Source: an uncultured Methanosarcinales archaeon
Lineage (GTDB): Archaea > Halobacteriota > Methanosarcinia > Methanotrichales > Methanotrichaceae
Reading direction: 5' to 3'
Assembly (NCBI GenBank): GCA_963843555.1
Contig: CAWJKV010000007.1
Location: forward strand, 1-64,000
DNA: 64,000 nt
Shown here: one piece after another, positions 42,387 through 53,300 of the stretch
Position numbering within the stretch: position 1 is the first letter of the stretch
How the letters are laid out: every line of letters starts with the position of its first letter
The notes under the pieces: generated by a model
What the model saw: only the letters and a program-made list of their open reading frames with translations
The model's database searches: none
What the model was told of the DNA's origin: nothing
Translations under genes and position numbers: made by a program

Positions 42387-43590
42387 TCAGATCATCAGAA
42401 ATCCGCGTGGAGCTAAGCTCGTTGCCAGCATCACCATATTGATCTCACGGTGTTCCGTCCAGGTGCTGGCTTCCCTGTTCTTGCCATCCATCCAGAACTG
42501 TTCAATCTTTTCTCCTGAGCGGCACATATCCCATGAGCTCGACAACTCGCGGCTCTAGCTGACCCTGGCGGAATAATACAGGGTTCTCCTCCATCCATCT
42601 TGCCAGGTCTTCGACCGCTGCAAGCCCGATAGACATCCCGAGTTCCCGAAAGGCCAGGCGATAGCCGGCGGGATAAGCCAGCGTTTCGCTGCTCGCAAAA
42701 GCCTTCACTCCCAGAAGGGAGGAGCCCACGACGGCCTCCAGCAGACTCATGTTCTTTATGGCACCCTTAATCATCAATTGGGCAATTCTTGAGGCATCGA
42801 AGAGAAGACCGCCAATGCCTAGTGGATCGTCTGTGGGCAGGCTAATGCCCCGACAGATTCTGGCCATGTCTGTAATCTCTGGCTTGAGATCGAGCGGCGG
42901 CGGTTCTTTGAATTCGAAATCTCTGGAGCGCTGCTGCCTGGAGCTCATTGTAGGTGACAAAGCCGTCGAGAGGGTCGTGCTGGCCCATCGATGATACCAG
43001 CGGATAGGTGAGGTCGATGCTCATCTTCCAGTACATCCTCTTCCGGCCGCCATGAGGAGTGGCGTAAGTAAACCTGGCGTGGGCCGTCTGTGCGAGCTCT
43101 ATCGCCCACCTGGTATAGGTCGAGTCTCCGGTGACACGGGCCACGCAGTTGAGGGCGTGCATCCACTTGGTCAGATAATGGTAGTACTGCCCGTCCTGTT
43201 CCCATTCCAGACGCTCATTGGGCGGCTCATCGGTCCTGCGTTCGTTCAACTGCTTTCCGATGCGCAGGCCCCTCACGGTCGGGTGACGCTCGCCCTCTTC
43301 CTCATCAAGGCCGCTGATCCAGCCCTGTCTGGTGTCGTCATCTCGGTGCCGGCCCAGGGTGTGATGCACCTGGTCTACGAGGGATAGGGCGAGGTCCCGA
43401 TAGGTCTCGTCATCGGTCTGGCGGAAGAGCTCGAGGTAGTTGCAGACCGCGAACGCATCCGTCCATAGATAGCGCCGGGGATGAGAATCACTTGATGCCA
43501 GTCCCTTCAGTCCAGTCAGACGGCCAAAGTCCAGCATGATCTCCTGAGACAAGCGCACAGGCCTTGTTTTGGTCCATTCTTCATCTCCAT
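42387..43590 (-). CDS. conserved hypothetical protein with RRYLWTDAF motif (frameshifted)
   Basis: RRYLWTDAFAVCN, DGQYYHYLTKWMHAL, MYWKMSIDL, RLAFRELG, HREINMVMLATSL across frames. Confidence 0.75.
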
Positions 43591-43600
43591 TTCCTTATGT

Positions 43601-45452
43601 TTATCCATTCAAGGACCAAATTCTTCCATAATTGCTGGGCACAGTGATCTCTCTTTCCTCTCCCGCAGACACTTGGAAGCTATCCTGCTCCTGCTCATGC
43701 AGCTCCTCACCATAAATTCCGGCCAGAGGGAACTGGAAGGAGACTGTCTGATCGCTATCTGTGAAATTGAGAGCGATGAGGCTGAATGTATCCCTCAACC
43801 CTCGAGAGAAGAGCAACACTCCCTTGGACTGGTATCTCTGAGGATCGTCATAGAACCAATGATCGCCTTGCTGGAACTGGGGCTTCCTGCGCAGTTTCAT
43901 CAGTCTTCGCACCAGCGAGATCATCTTCTTGCCATATGAGTCGTAAAAGTAGTCCCATCTCATGGGCCTGAACATCACCACTCTTCCCAGACCGCCTTCG
44001 GGCACATAGTAATTCTCACAGAACTCCTGACCCTGCCAGAGCATTGGGATTCCCTTGGCCATCATCATGGCTATCAGGTAGGGCTGAACCTTGTACCAGC
44101 GACTTCTGTCTCCTTCCTTCAGCAGATCGTTGCTGTCCCTGGAGATGGTACCGAAGTTGCAGACGAAGCGGAAGTGATCATGATTCTCAATGTACTGCAG
44201 TGCAGTCTTCTTGATGCGATCATCGTTGACCACGACCTCGGTTGGAAAACCGTCGAGACCCAGCCGGTGTCCCAGGTCGGTCAGCCGCTCCGGCATCTGA
44301 GTTGCTACAGCAGTGGCAGCATCAAATGTCTGGTTCTGCCAGGTGCTGTTGCTGTAAGTCTTCTCCAGGACCTCCACAGGCCCTTCCAGTTGCTCCGCAC
44401 ATTGGATGAAGTTGATTTCATCTTCGTTGAAGAACCTCTGCCAGTGGTCTTTAGATCCCGACTTTGCCTTGATCGATTGATAAGTCTCATAAACCAGGTT
44501 GGAAAAGCCCTGGCCAGTCTGGGCCATCCCAGTAGTTGGGAACGCAGTCGTATCTGAATCCATCTACGTGATAGGTATCCAACCAGTGGTTACTGACAGT
44601 AAAGAAGAAGTCCCTCGTCAGAGCTCTCTTGAAATCCGTACTCTCTCCAAATAGGTCTTGGGCGAAAGGCCCCATGAAGGGGTTCTCAGCGTAGCCCAGC
44701 TCTCTATAAAGATAGGAGTAGGGAAACAGACCGTCAGTATGGCCATAGACCATATCGAGGATAACGGCTATTCCTTTGCCATGGGCTGCGTCGATCAGCC
44801 TCTGCATGTCACTCCTCTTGCCAAACCTCTCATCAACCCCAAAGTAGCCAATGGGGAGGAAGCCCCAATCGGTGGTGTTGGCAACATTTGTGACCGGCAT
44901 AATCTCTATGCAGTTGATGCCGAGATCAGAGAGATAATCGAGATGGTGAATCGTAGTATCTATATCTCCTCCAAACTCGTTTATCATCAGTTCATAGATG
45001 ACCAGTTCGTCCTGCCTTGGAGTCTTCCACACTTCTTCGTTCTTCCAGATATGAGGTTCGTATCCCAGAGTGAAGGCTGAGAGCTTTCCTATTCCGAATT
45101 CTCGAGCGTATGGATCTATGATCCAGTCTATGGGCTCTTTATCTGGCCTCTCCAGTAAATATCTGTAGACATACCTTCCCTCAGTCCCCCATGCGGATTT
45201 CGGATGAGGTTTGGAGTTTTGATCGATCTTTACCCAGGTCGACCAGTAGTCACCATACTCCGGATCGGTCGAGTGTTCCATCTCAAAGACCTTCGGCTGT
45301 ATATCCTGTAAGAACTGATCCTTCTCATGGATGACCTTGACTGAGATCTTATTGCCATTCGCCTCCGATACCCAGGGAAAAAATACCCCAAAGTCAGCCA
45401 CGCCTTCCGGGGTGCATCTGGCACCCAATTTTTCCAGTGGCAAGAGATTCAT
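43601..45452 (-). CDS. GH13 alpha-amylase-family glycosidase (frameshift near 44510)
   Basis: IDPYARE, LVIYEL, ILDMVYGH, DGFRYD, CAEQL, ENHDH, GIPMLWQGQE. Confidence 0.9.
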
Positions 45453-45799
45453 TATTGACCTCCTCGAATTGATAAGAGCCGCCTTTCTGAAACATCATCT
45501 ATCAACGGTAACAGAAATCTGAATGCAGGAGACTCTCCTAATAACTTCTATTGTCATTTATACTAGTTAAGGATTATGAAAGATGCATTTGAAGCTCTGC
45601 CTGCTTTACTCTACCAGTTGAAATGTGGCTGGCAACTGCACATCCTACTGCTCCTCCGGCAAGATCTCCCTCTTTCGATCCAGCTCCTCTCCTCCAGCCT
45701 CCTTTGAATGAGCAGATCGTATAAATAATTCAGTATGTGTAAGCATATTGGCAAAAGCGTTTATATCACACTAGATCTCTCGTCGGTTGGAAAATCGAG

Positions 45800-46879
45800 A
45801 TGAGATCTGTGAAATTGAAAGGGAGATCGAGTGATGCACTTATGGTGAACCAGCAACAGAAAGAGACGGTCGGCATAGCCTCTATTGGCCACTACATCCC
45901 TGAAAATATTCTCACCAGCAGCGAGATGTCGAGGCTCTCTGGCATACCATTGCCGGTATTCCTGGAGAAGATCGGGATGGAGAAGAAACATATCGCGGCC
46001 AGGGATGAGCAGCCCTCGGATATGGGCATTCGTGCAGCCAGGGAGGCTGTTAAAAGGGCGGGGATCGATCCCGGTGAAATAGGAGTTATTGCGTACTGCG
46101 GCGCCAGCTTTTACGACTACAGGTTCTGGTCTCCGGCGGCGAGGATCCAGTCGGAACTGGGTGCTGACAATTGCTACGCTTTTGAGGTCAAGAACGGCTG
46201 CAACGGTGGAAACCTGGGGGTTAACCTCTGCAAGAATCTGTTGCTCGGCGATTCTGAAAAAGAGTATGCTCTGGTTGTCTGCTCAGAAAAGTTTTCTAAT
46301 TCGATAGACTACACAGATCCCAACTCTCTTTCGCTCTTCATGGTGGGAGATGGGGCAGTGGCAGCGGTGCTGAGGAAGGGCGAGACCACGAACCAGCTGC
46401 TCGACTATGCCTCGCTGACGGATGGGTCAACTGTCGATTGCGTCAAGGTTCCCATGGGCGGGACCCGGCATCCCTATTCTCTTGTAAAGCCTGAGTCGGC
46501 AAACAGGCTGAACTACATATGTGTGGACGACCCGGAAGGGCTCGATCGGATTTTGTCACTGACCTACCTGGAGAACTACGTGAAAGTGATCAGAAGAGCC
46601 GCGGAAAAGAGCGGCCACTCCCTGAAGGATATCGATTTCCTTTTCACCAATCAGGTTAAGAGAAGCCTCTCTCGTGATATATTCCAATCCGTTGGCCTGG
46701 GCGAGGAGAATACTGTAACCTCCATAAGAGACTATGGCCATATGGGCACTGTCGATACCCTTTTCAACCTCGGACGAGCGATCGAGCAGGGGCTGATGAA
46801 ACCAGGCTGCCTGGCTGTTATCGCCAGCAGTGGCGCGGGCTTCACCTGGGCGGCTATGGCCTTGAAGTTCACTGATTGA
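45800..46879 (+). CDS. KAS III/FabH-like condensing enzyme
   Basis: IGHYIPE, NGCNGG, GDGAVA, YGHMG, SSGAGFTW. Confidence 0.88.
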   Translation: MRSVKLKGRSSDALMVNQQQKETVGIASIGHYIPENILTSSEMSRLSGIPLPVFLEKIGMEKKHIAARDEQPSDMGIRAAREAVKRAGIDPGEIGVIAYCGASFYDYRFWSPAARIQSELGADNCYAFEVKNGCNGGNLGVNLCKNLLLGDSEKEYALVVCSEKFSNSIDYTDPNSLSLFMVGDGAVAAVLRKGETTNQLLDYASLTDGSTVDCVKVPMGGTRHPYSLVKPESANRLNYICVDDPEGLDRILSLTYLENYVKVIRRAAEKSGHSLKDIDFLFTNQVKRSLSRDIFQSVGLGEENTVTSIRDYGHMGTVDTLFNLGRAIEQGLMKPGCLAVIASSGAGFTWAAMALKFTD

Positions 46880-46922
46880 CAAAATCCAACTTCAAAAATT
46901 GAGTTAGATCAGGAGCAAATGC

Positions 46923-48119
46923 TCAGGCCTTGACAAATTTGCTCTTGGGAGCGCCGCAGGGGCACTTCCAGGTGGAAGGAAGCCGCTCAAATGGAACACC
47001 ATCGTTCTCAGCCGGATCGTAGATGTAGCCGCATACTGTGCATCTCCACCTGGCAGGATTGCTTCCATTGTTCGCTGCCCCAGTATCCGTCGCCTTCAGG
47101 GTCGGGCTCCTTGCCGGGATGCTATCTGTTTGAGAGATGTCCGCATGGTTGCGATCGCTGCCGGAAGCCTCCAGGGAGGAGACTATGGCTTCGGCGAACT
47201 CTTGAGAGGCCGAAGGACCATTTCCCGTGATGATGTTTCCATCCTGCACCACCGCTTCATCAGACACAATTGCGCCTTTGGATTTGATGTGATCCGTTTC
47301 CGATGCGGTGGCTCTCTTGCCTTTGAGAAGGCCGGCATCCGCCAGGATCCAGGGACCCAGACAGATGGCTCCTACCAGCTTCTTTTGTGCTATGGCTGAC
47401 TTTGCCAGAGCCTGGTAGTCGGGATCTTCGTGAAGTTTGAGTGAGTAGATTCCTTCACCACCAACGAATACCACGGCTATGTAGTCGGATAGCTTGACGC
47501 TCTTCAGATCCAGATCTACATCGATGCTCTCACCGTTCATTCCTGTAGCAGTCTTCACTCCTTTGGAGGCCAGGACGACGGAGTAGCCCATGCTCTGGAA
47601 GTAATCGCGAGGCACATTCAGCTCCTCCTCCTGATACTGCTGAGGCGAAAGGACCATCAGGATCTTTCCTTTGCCGGAAGCTTCATCGGACCCGGGCGCG
47701 GAACTGCTGCTCAATGTATTTCCGGAAAATGGTGGAGTCGAGATAGTTGTGTCAATCGATTTCTTTGCAGAGTCATTTACACTGTTGTAGAACTCGTTTT
47801 CCTGCAAATTCACGTTGTTTCCGTCTTCCACTTCCGGCTGGCTGTATTCTGGTGAGGCGTACCCGGATGTGCTTTCTTCCAGGGCTGCCTGACAGGATAC
47901 TGGCATGAAGTTGCCTGCATATGCCGAATAACAGGAGGGGCAGGGTGTATATGGGTTGATGCTCGCGGCCTCGGCCGGGGTCAGGCTGACGATATATCCG
48001 CAGACAGGGCACTGCCAGCAAGCGTAGCCAGTATCTGTTTCCAGATCGTACTGGGCAGATGCTGAAAATGTCCCTGCCAGCGACAGGAGAATGACTATTG
48101 TCAGGAATGGGGTCTTCAT
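46923..48119 (-). CDS. secreted DJ-1/PfpI protein flanked by two rubredoxin-like Cys knuckle domains
   Basis: Signal peptide; WQCPVCGY...[38 protein letters not shown]...[12 protein letters not shown]. Confidence 0.88.
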   Translation of the reverse strand: MKTPFLTIVILLSLAGTFSASAQYDLETDTGYACWQCPVCGYIVSLTPAEAASINPYTPCPSCYSAYAGNFMPVSCQAALEESTSGYASPEYSQPEVEDGNNVNLQENEFYNSVNDSAKKSIDTTISTPPFSGNTLSSSSAPGSDEASGKGKILMVLSPQQYQEEELNVPRDYFQSMGYSVVLASKGVKTATGMNGESIDVDLDLKSVKLSDYIAVVFVGGEGIYSLKLHEDPDYQALAKSAIAQKKLVGAICLGPWILADAGLLKGKRATASETDHIKSKGAIVSDEAVVQDGNIITGNGPSASQEFAEAIVSSLEASGSDRNHADISQTDSIPARSPTLKATDTGAANNGSNPARWRCTVCGYIYDPAENDGVPFERLPSTWKCPCGAPKSKFVKA

Positions 48120-48315
48120 GACGGGACAGTTTTGAAGGCTGAAGAATAAATAGATCTGCGAACCTGAAGTACTACTATCATCAAGGTTGAATATATAGAA
48201 TAAAATTTGCATATCGACGACTGAGAATCGAGCCGGTGCACAACACGGTTGCAGCTCCTGTCGCAATCGATGGTACTTCACAATTTTATTGGTCTCTACC
48301 CCTCTTCGACCCCAA

Positions 48316-48546
48316 TTATGATCGATAAAGTTTCGGCAGCCCTGCTACAAAGTGGCTGTAAGGCCTTCCTGCTGCGGCCAGATAGATGAAGATCGCTGCC
48401 CATGCCCAGGCAGCCAGAGCAAAAGGCAAAGTGATAATTATAAAGAAGGTGAGCATTAGGATCAGCCCGACGATGAATAGCAGAACTGCTATAATGACGT
48501 ATAAGAGCCTTCTAGCAAGGCTTATCTTCTCATACAAAGGATCCAT
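48316..48546 (-). CDS. small membrane protein
   Basis: 76 aa, two hydrophobic helices. Confidence 0.55.
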   Translation of the reverse strand: MDPLYEKISLARRLLYVIIAVLLFIVGLILMLTFFIIITLPFALAAWAWAAIFIYLAAAGRPYSHFVAGLPKLYRS

Positions 48547-48860
48547 ACTTATCTTAGTGACTGGTAATGTACTAGAAGATATATCTTCTTGCTGTCAGAC
48601 AGTACTATTCTTGCCTCCAGTACGAGAGCCAAACGACGGCGGCGTACCTACGCAGCAGGTTGGTATCCAAAAACGCAGTCGAATCATGAGCACAATACCA
48701 GGGGGGCTTAATCCGACTAAAATCGTTATTGACAAAAATGCTGATTTAAAATTGGAAGTTGCCCAGTTTTCAGGTTTTCTCCTTCAAAGAAACTCGGCAA
48801 CTTTGATCACATATATTCTCCTCGGCTGTGGCTATGCTCATGCAAGAAATTAGAGTTTCA

Positions 48861-49415
48861 TCAAGGCATCAGTTTCAACGTCTCTACGATCCTTGCAGTC
48901 GTATTCATGTCCAGTTCGGAGGTCAAAATGGCGTGAGTATATTCGTCCAAATCCCAGAAGGCAATTATGGACTCATTGGCTGGCTTGTTCATAGGGGCTA
49001 GCATAATAATCTTATGAAGAGTCACATTCTTTCCCTGAGAGCTATTGACTATCACATCCTCAATCTCCATTCCGCCAGTAAGCTTTGCCGACGCTACAAA
49101 CATGCTCTCCATGGAGTTTGAAAACTCGCTCTGATTTATCAGCTGATTTTCATTGCCCTCCATATTTATGGACATAAGCGCTATGCTGGCATTTTTACCC
49201 ATCGGCTTAGTGCTGTTGATGGATACCGCATCAACAACCATGGCCACACTGGCGTTCACCGATATATTATACTCTGATTCAGATATCATGTCAAAAGATA
49301 TGTTCTTCTTCCCAATGACAGATACTGTATCCTCAAAGGCAGCACATGTGGGCAGAAGACAGATCGCGTACAAAGTTAGGAATATCAAAGCGAGCTCTAT
49401 TTTCGAGAATCTCAT
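48861..49415 (-). CDS. secreted hypothetical protein
   Basis: Signal peptide; clean 184-aa ORF. Confidence 0.7.
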   Translation of the reverse strand: MRFSKIELALIFLTLYAICLLPTCAAFEDTVSVIGKKNISFDMISESEYNISVNASVAMVVDAVSINSTKPMGKNASIALMSINMEGNENQLINQSEFSNSMESMFVASAKLTGGMEIEDVIVNSSQGKNVTLHKIIMLAPMNKPANESIIAFWDLDEYTHAILTSELDMNTTARIVETLKLMP

Positions 49416-49772
49416 TTTAATTCACCATAATAGAGACAGTGTTTAAATTGATAAGTTTTTTGATTGGTAACGATTAATAGCTGTTTAAAGCTAAAAATGA
49501 CCCGGTTCTCAGCGCTTCTCTACCATAAGGAAACTCGACAATCCCGATCGTGTGCACGCCTATCGCCCAATGTTCCGAGCTGACCTTAAGGAAGATGCCT
49601 GTAGTAGCCAGAGGGGCATGGCCTGGAGATTCCCGCTTAATTATTGTTACTAAATATTCAAAATTTAAATCTATATTAGTTAGTTGCTATTGCACTCAAG
49701 TCTATTGCTAGATCGACAATTTTAAATATAACAAGCTAAAATTATTATAGTAGATGGAAGTGGGGGCTTCAG

Positions 49773-50468
49773 ATGGGTACCGGATACAACTGGGCAGGGG
49801 ATGCAATTGTCAGGGATACGATCATGTGGGATAAGAGAGTCGTCATCGGCAACTCTGGTGTTTTCATCCCCACTGATATCCGGGATTGGCTCACTTGCAC
49901 CGGCAGCGAGGTTATAATAAGAGCTCTGCAAGAGATTGGTCTTCCCTCTGCGCGGGAGGCCGGCACCTTCGATATTAGAGCCTGGAGAATCTGGGATTAC
50001 GTAGCAAGAAATGTGCAATATATCACAGATAAAGAATGCTTCGGCCTGGGTGACTTCTGGCTTTTTCCTGAGGAGACGCTCATGCTTCGTAAAGGAGACT
50101 GCGAGGACTCCTCATTCCTGCTGGGCGCTCTTCTCCTGGCCAGCGGAGTGTCAGATCAATGCGTGCGGGTGGTGCTGGGCCGGGTCATCTCTCCGGATGG
50201 AACATACGGCCATGCCTGGGTAGTCTATCAGAGTGAGTCCGGCCAGTGGTGCCTTCTGGAATCCACATTGGACTGTGTACCTGAGCGACTCGCGCCTGCC
50301 GATCCTTTTGCAATGCCCGGCAATCAATACCAGTACCAGCCCCAGTTCTGCCTGAACGCCTCTCACCTCTGGTCGATGGCGCCCATCAGGACGGAGATGG
50401 CCGATTACCTGAAAATGCGTGCCAAACCCAAGAGAATGGAGGCTGCTTCCATGAAGGTTACCTTATAA
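49773..50468 (+). CDS. transglutaminase-like cysteine protease
   Basis: PEETL.LRKGDCED, GHAWV, LLEST. Confidence 0.85.
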   Translation: MGTGYNWAGDAIVRDTIMWDKRVVIGNSGVFIPTDIRDWLTCTGSEVIIRALQEIGLPSAREAGTFDIRAWRIWDYVARNVQYITDKECFGLGDFWLFPEETLMLRKGDCEDSSFLLGALLLASGVSDQCVRVVLGRVISPDGTYGHAWVVYQSESGQWCLLESTLDCVPERLAPADPFAMPGNQYQYQPQFCLNASHLWSMAPIRTEMADYLKMRAKPKRMEAASMKVTL

Positions 50469-50508
50469 GTCTCCATTGAGTGGATGCCCCGATCATAGCG
50501 TTGCAGAA

Positions 50509-50996
50509 TTACAGGATTTTTGTCTCTCTTGCACATTGATTTTCAGGAATCCATTCAATATTTTCATCCTTTCGGGAGCGAACGAACTCCAGCATCCGTT
50601 CCATCTTCTTCCAGTGTCCTCCCTGCCAGTAGAGCTTCTTACAGCCGGGACACTCCCACTTCCTCGATGGTTCGGATTCGACATCCTGAAGAAGAGTGTT
50701 GCACAGCGTGCATCTCTGCGGATCGAGCTGCAGGGGTACACCCTCTCCGGCCATCTCCATGGAGCTGATCGGAAATTTTGGAGGAGCGGATAAGTACGCA
50801 CTCCACACCCGCACCCGGGCAGGCCTGGAAGAGTCTCTTGTCCCTGGTTATGACAATCCTGCCCTCTTCCTCTTGCCTGACGCAATAGCTCGCTGTCGCT
50901 GCTGCCTTCGGGATTGGCCACATCCTGACCCAGGAGCCGCAGCCACCTTCCCAGGCGCATGAGCATCAAATCCACCAGAAAGCGTTTTTGTTCCAC
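50509..50996 (-). CDS. Mut7-C (DUF82) RNase-domain protein (frameshifted)
   Basis: FLVDLML.RLGRWLRLLGQD, ITRDK, RCTLCN, CPGCKKLYWQGGHW. Confidence 0.88.
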
Positions 50997-51049
50997 CTCC
51001 CAGCTTTAGCATCCGCAACTATTTATCGATTGATCTCGACCCTACTGCT

Positions 51050-52972
51050 ATGAAGAAGGCGATGAGCAATGTGGACGTCGCTGCCATTGTGGAGGAGCTT
51101 CGGGACAGGATCCTGGGCGGCTTCATGGGCAAGGCCTACCAGCAATCCTCAGACAAAATCTGGCTCTCGGTTCAGTCTCCTGCCGAAGGTCGGCTGGATC
51201 TGCTTTTAGAGGCAGGGAGAAGGGTTCACATCACCAGCGGCGAACGACCCGCCTCCAAGACGCCGCCTCAGTTTCCCACCATGCTGCGCAGTCACCTTTC
51301 CGGGGGCAGGATCGTCGACATCCAGCAGTACGACTTCGACCGCGTGCTTGAGATCGCAGTAGAGCGGAGCGGCATTCGCAATTATCTCATCGTCGAGCTC
51401 TTTCCCAAGGGCAGCATGGTGCTGCTTGATGAATCAAGGCTGATCCTCAGCATGCTCAGGAAGATGCTCTACCGGGGCAGCAAAATGGCAGCAGGCGAGC
51501 AGTACCTCTACCATCCCGGCCAGCTCGATCCGAGGACTATCTCCCGGGAAGACCTGGCAGTCTGGTTGGCCTCATCCGGCCAGGATCTGGTGAGATCTCT
51601 GGTGCGGGGATTGAACATGGGCGGAACCTACGGGGAGGAGGTGTGTCTGGTTGCCGGAGTGGATAAGAACAAGCAGGCGATCGATTTAGATGCCGGGGAG
51701 ATCGATCGGGTCCACAGGGCTCTGAAGGAGGTCTTTTTGGATGAAACCCTCGATCCGCACATTGTCCTTCGTGATGGAGAGCCCTTTGATGTCCTGTCCC
51801 GGCCGCTGAAGCTCTATCTGGGTCTGGAGCAGAAGCGCTTTGCCACTTTCAGCGAAGCCCTGGACGCCTTTTTCGTAAAGGTGGAGGAAGTATCGCCTCG
51901 CCAGGACCCTCTGGATCGCAGGATAGAGCTGCAGAAGAAAGCCATTGAGGAGTTCAAGTCCCAGGAGAAGGCGTTCGTCCAGAAGGGAGAGCTGATCTAC
52001 CAGATCTACGGCGAAGTCGAGCAGATTCTTGTCTTGATGGCAGAGGCCAGAGTTAGGGGTTTTTCCTATAACCAGATCTGGGAAAGGATCAGCGGCTCAG
52101 GCCTTCCTCAGGCCAGGACCATTCTTTCCCTGGACGGCAAAGGAGAGATGCGGGTATCGCTGGAAGGAGCCGAGCTGGAGCTGAATGCCAATTTGACCGT
52201 CCCCCAGAATGCGCAAAGGTATTACGAAAAGGCCAAAGAGATGGCCCGCAAAGCCAGCGGTGCCAAAGGCGCTCTGGCCATCACCGAGGAGCTGCGTGCC
52301 AGCAAAGCCGGGCCCAAGAAAACGAGGGCCGCACAGGTTCACCGCCGCAGGAAGCCCAAGTGGTATGAGAGGTTCCGCTGGTTTTACTCATCGGACGGAT
52401 TTCTGGTCTTGGGCGGAAGGGACGCGGATACCAATGAGGAGATATACACCAAATACCTGGAGAGGCGCGATCTGGCAATGCATACGGATGCGCCCGGCGC
52501 TCCTTTGACAGTGATAAAGACAGAGGGGGAGGAGGTTCCAGAGAGCACCCTCCTGGAGGCGGCCCAGTTTGCCGTGAGCTACTCCTCCGTCTGGAAGGGC
52601 GGACTTGTGGCTGCTGATTGCTATCTGATCAAAGGCGATCAGGTGAGCAAGACCCCGGAGTCGGGCGAGTTCTTGAAGAAGGGTGCCTTTGTCATTCGTG
52701 GCGAGCGCAGGTACTTCCGGGATGTCCCCCTGGGCATAGCCCTGGGCGTGGCAGAGGGCGTCCTCATAGGCGGTCCTGTTTCGGCAGTCAAGCCCAAAGC
52801 GGATCCGGCGGTGGAGATTGAGCCTGGCGAATTCAATGCCGATGATCTGGCCAAGCGCATCTACAGGCTTTTCTCAGAAGTAGTGGAGGATAGATCTTTC
52901 TTGAAGGCCGCCGCCTCCGTGGACCAGATTGTGCAATTCCTGCCGCCGGGAGGATCGCGGGTAAAGGGGTGA
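51050..52972 (+). CDS. NEMF/Rqc2 (RqcH-like) ribosome quality-control factor
   Basis: MSNVDV, FDRVLE, NAQRYYEKAK, WYERFRWF, GGRDA, SKTPESGEFLKKGAFVIRG. Confidence 0.95.
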   Translation: MKKAMSNVDVAAIVEELRDRILGGFMGKAYQQSSDKIWLSVQSPAEGRLDLLLEAGRRVHITSGERPASKTPPQFPTMLRSHLSGGRIVDIQQYDFDRVLEIAVERSGIRNYLIVELFPKGSMVLLDESRLILSMLRKMLYRGSKMAAGEQYLYHPGQLDPRTISREDLAVWLASSGQDLVRSLVRGLNMGGTYGEEVCLVAGVDKNKQAIDLDAGEIDRVHRALKEVFLDETLDPHIVLRDGEPFDVLSRPLKLYLGLEQKRFATFSEALDAFFVKVEEVSPRQDPLDRRIELQKKAIEEFKSQEKAFVQKGELIYQIYGEVEQILVLMAEARVRGFSYNQIWERISGSGLPQARTILSLDGKGEMRVSLEGAELELNANLTVPQNAQRYYEKAKEMARKASGAKGALAITEELRASKAGPKKTRAAQVHRRRKPKWYERFRWFYSSDGFLVLGGRDADTNEEIYTKYLERRDLAMHTDAPGAPLTVIKTEGEEVPESTLLEAAQFAVSYSSVWKGGLVAADCYLIKGDQVSKTPESGEFLKKGAFVIRGERRYFRDVPLGIALGVAEGVLIGGPVSAVKPKADPAVEIEPGEFNADDLAKRIYRLFSEVVEDRSFLKAAASVDQIVQFLPPGGSRVKG

Positions 52973-52983
52973 GCACGATGGAA

Positions 52984-53008
52984 TGGACCGGTTGAATAGA
53001 CCGGTCCA
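52984..53008. terminator. inverted-repeat hairpin after NEMF
   Basis: tggaccggt-N7-accggtcca 12 nt after the stop codon; function unproven. Confidence 0.35.
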
Positions 53009-53300
53009 ATTGGCTGGTCGCAGGACCGGATTAAAATAGCTAAGAATCAAAATAGCAGAGAACCAACGTTTTTTTATATGATGGAACCATATTTACTAAT
53101 GGCATATCTGTGCCTGCTTTATGGCGTATTGTCACTATGGAGTCATTGTTAAAGAACGAATTCGGGAAGACCCTCCCAGCAGGATAGGATATTTGGGCGG
53201 CGGCTGGAGGCTGGTTAACGATCTCTCTGGCACCGCCCAACGTTCTTGTCCTGCCAAAAAATGAATTCTGGTCGGAATAATGTATTGTGAGGATGGTATT

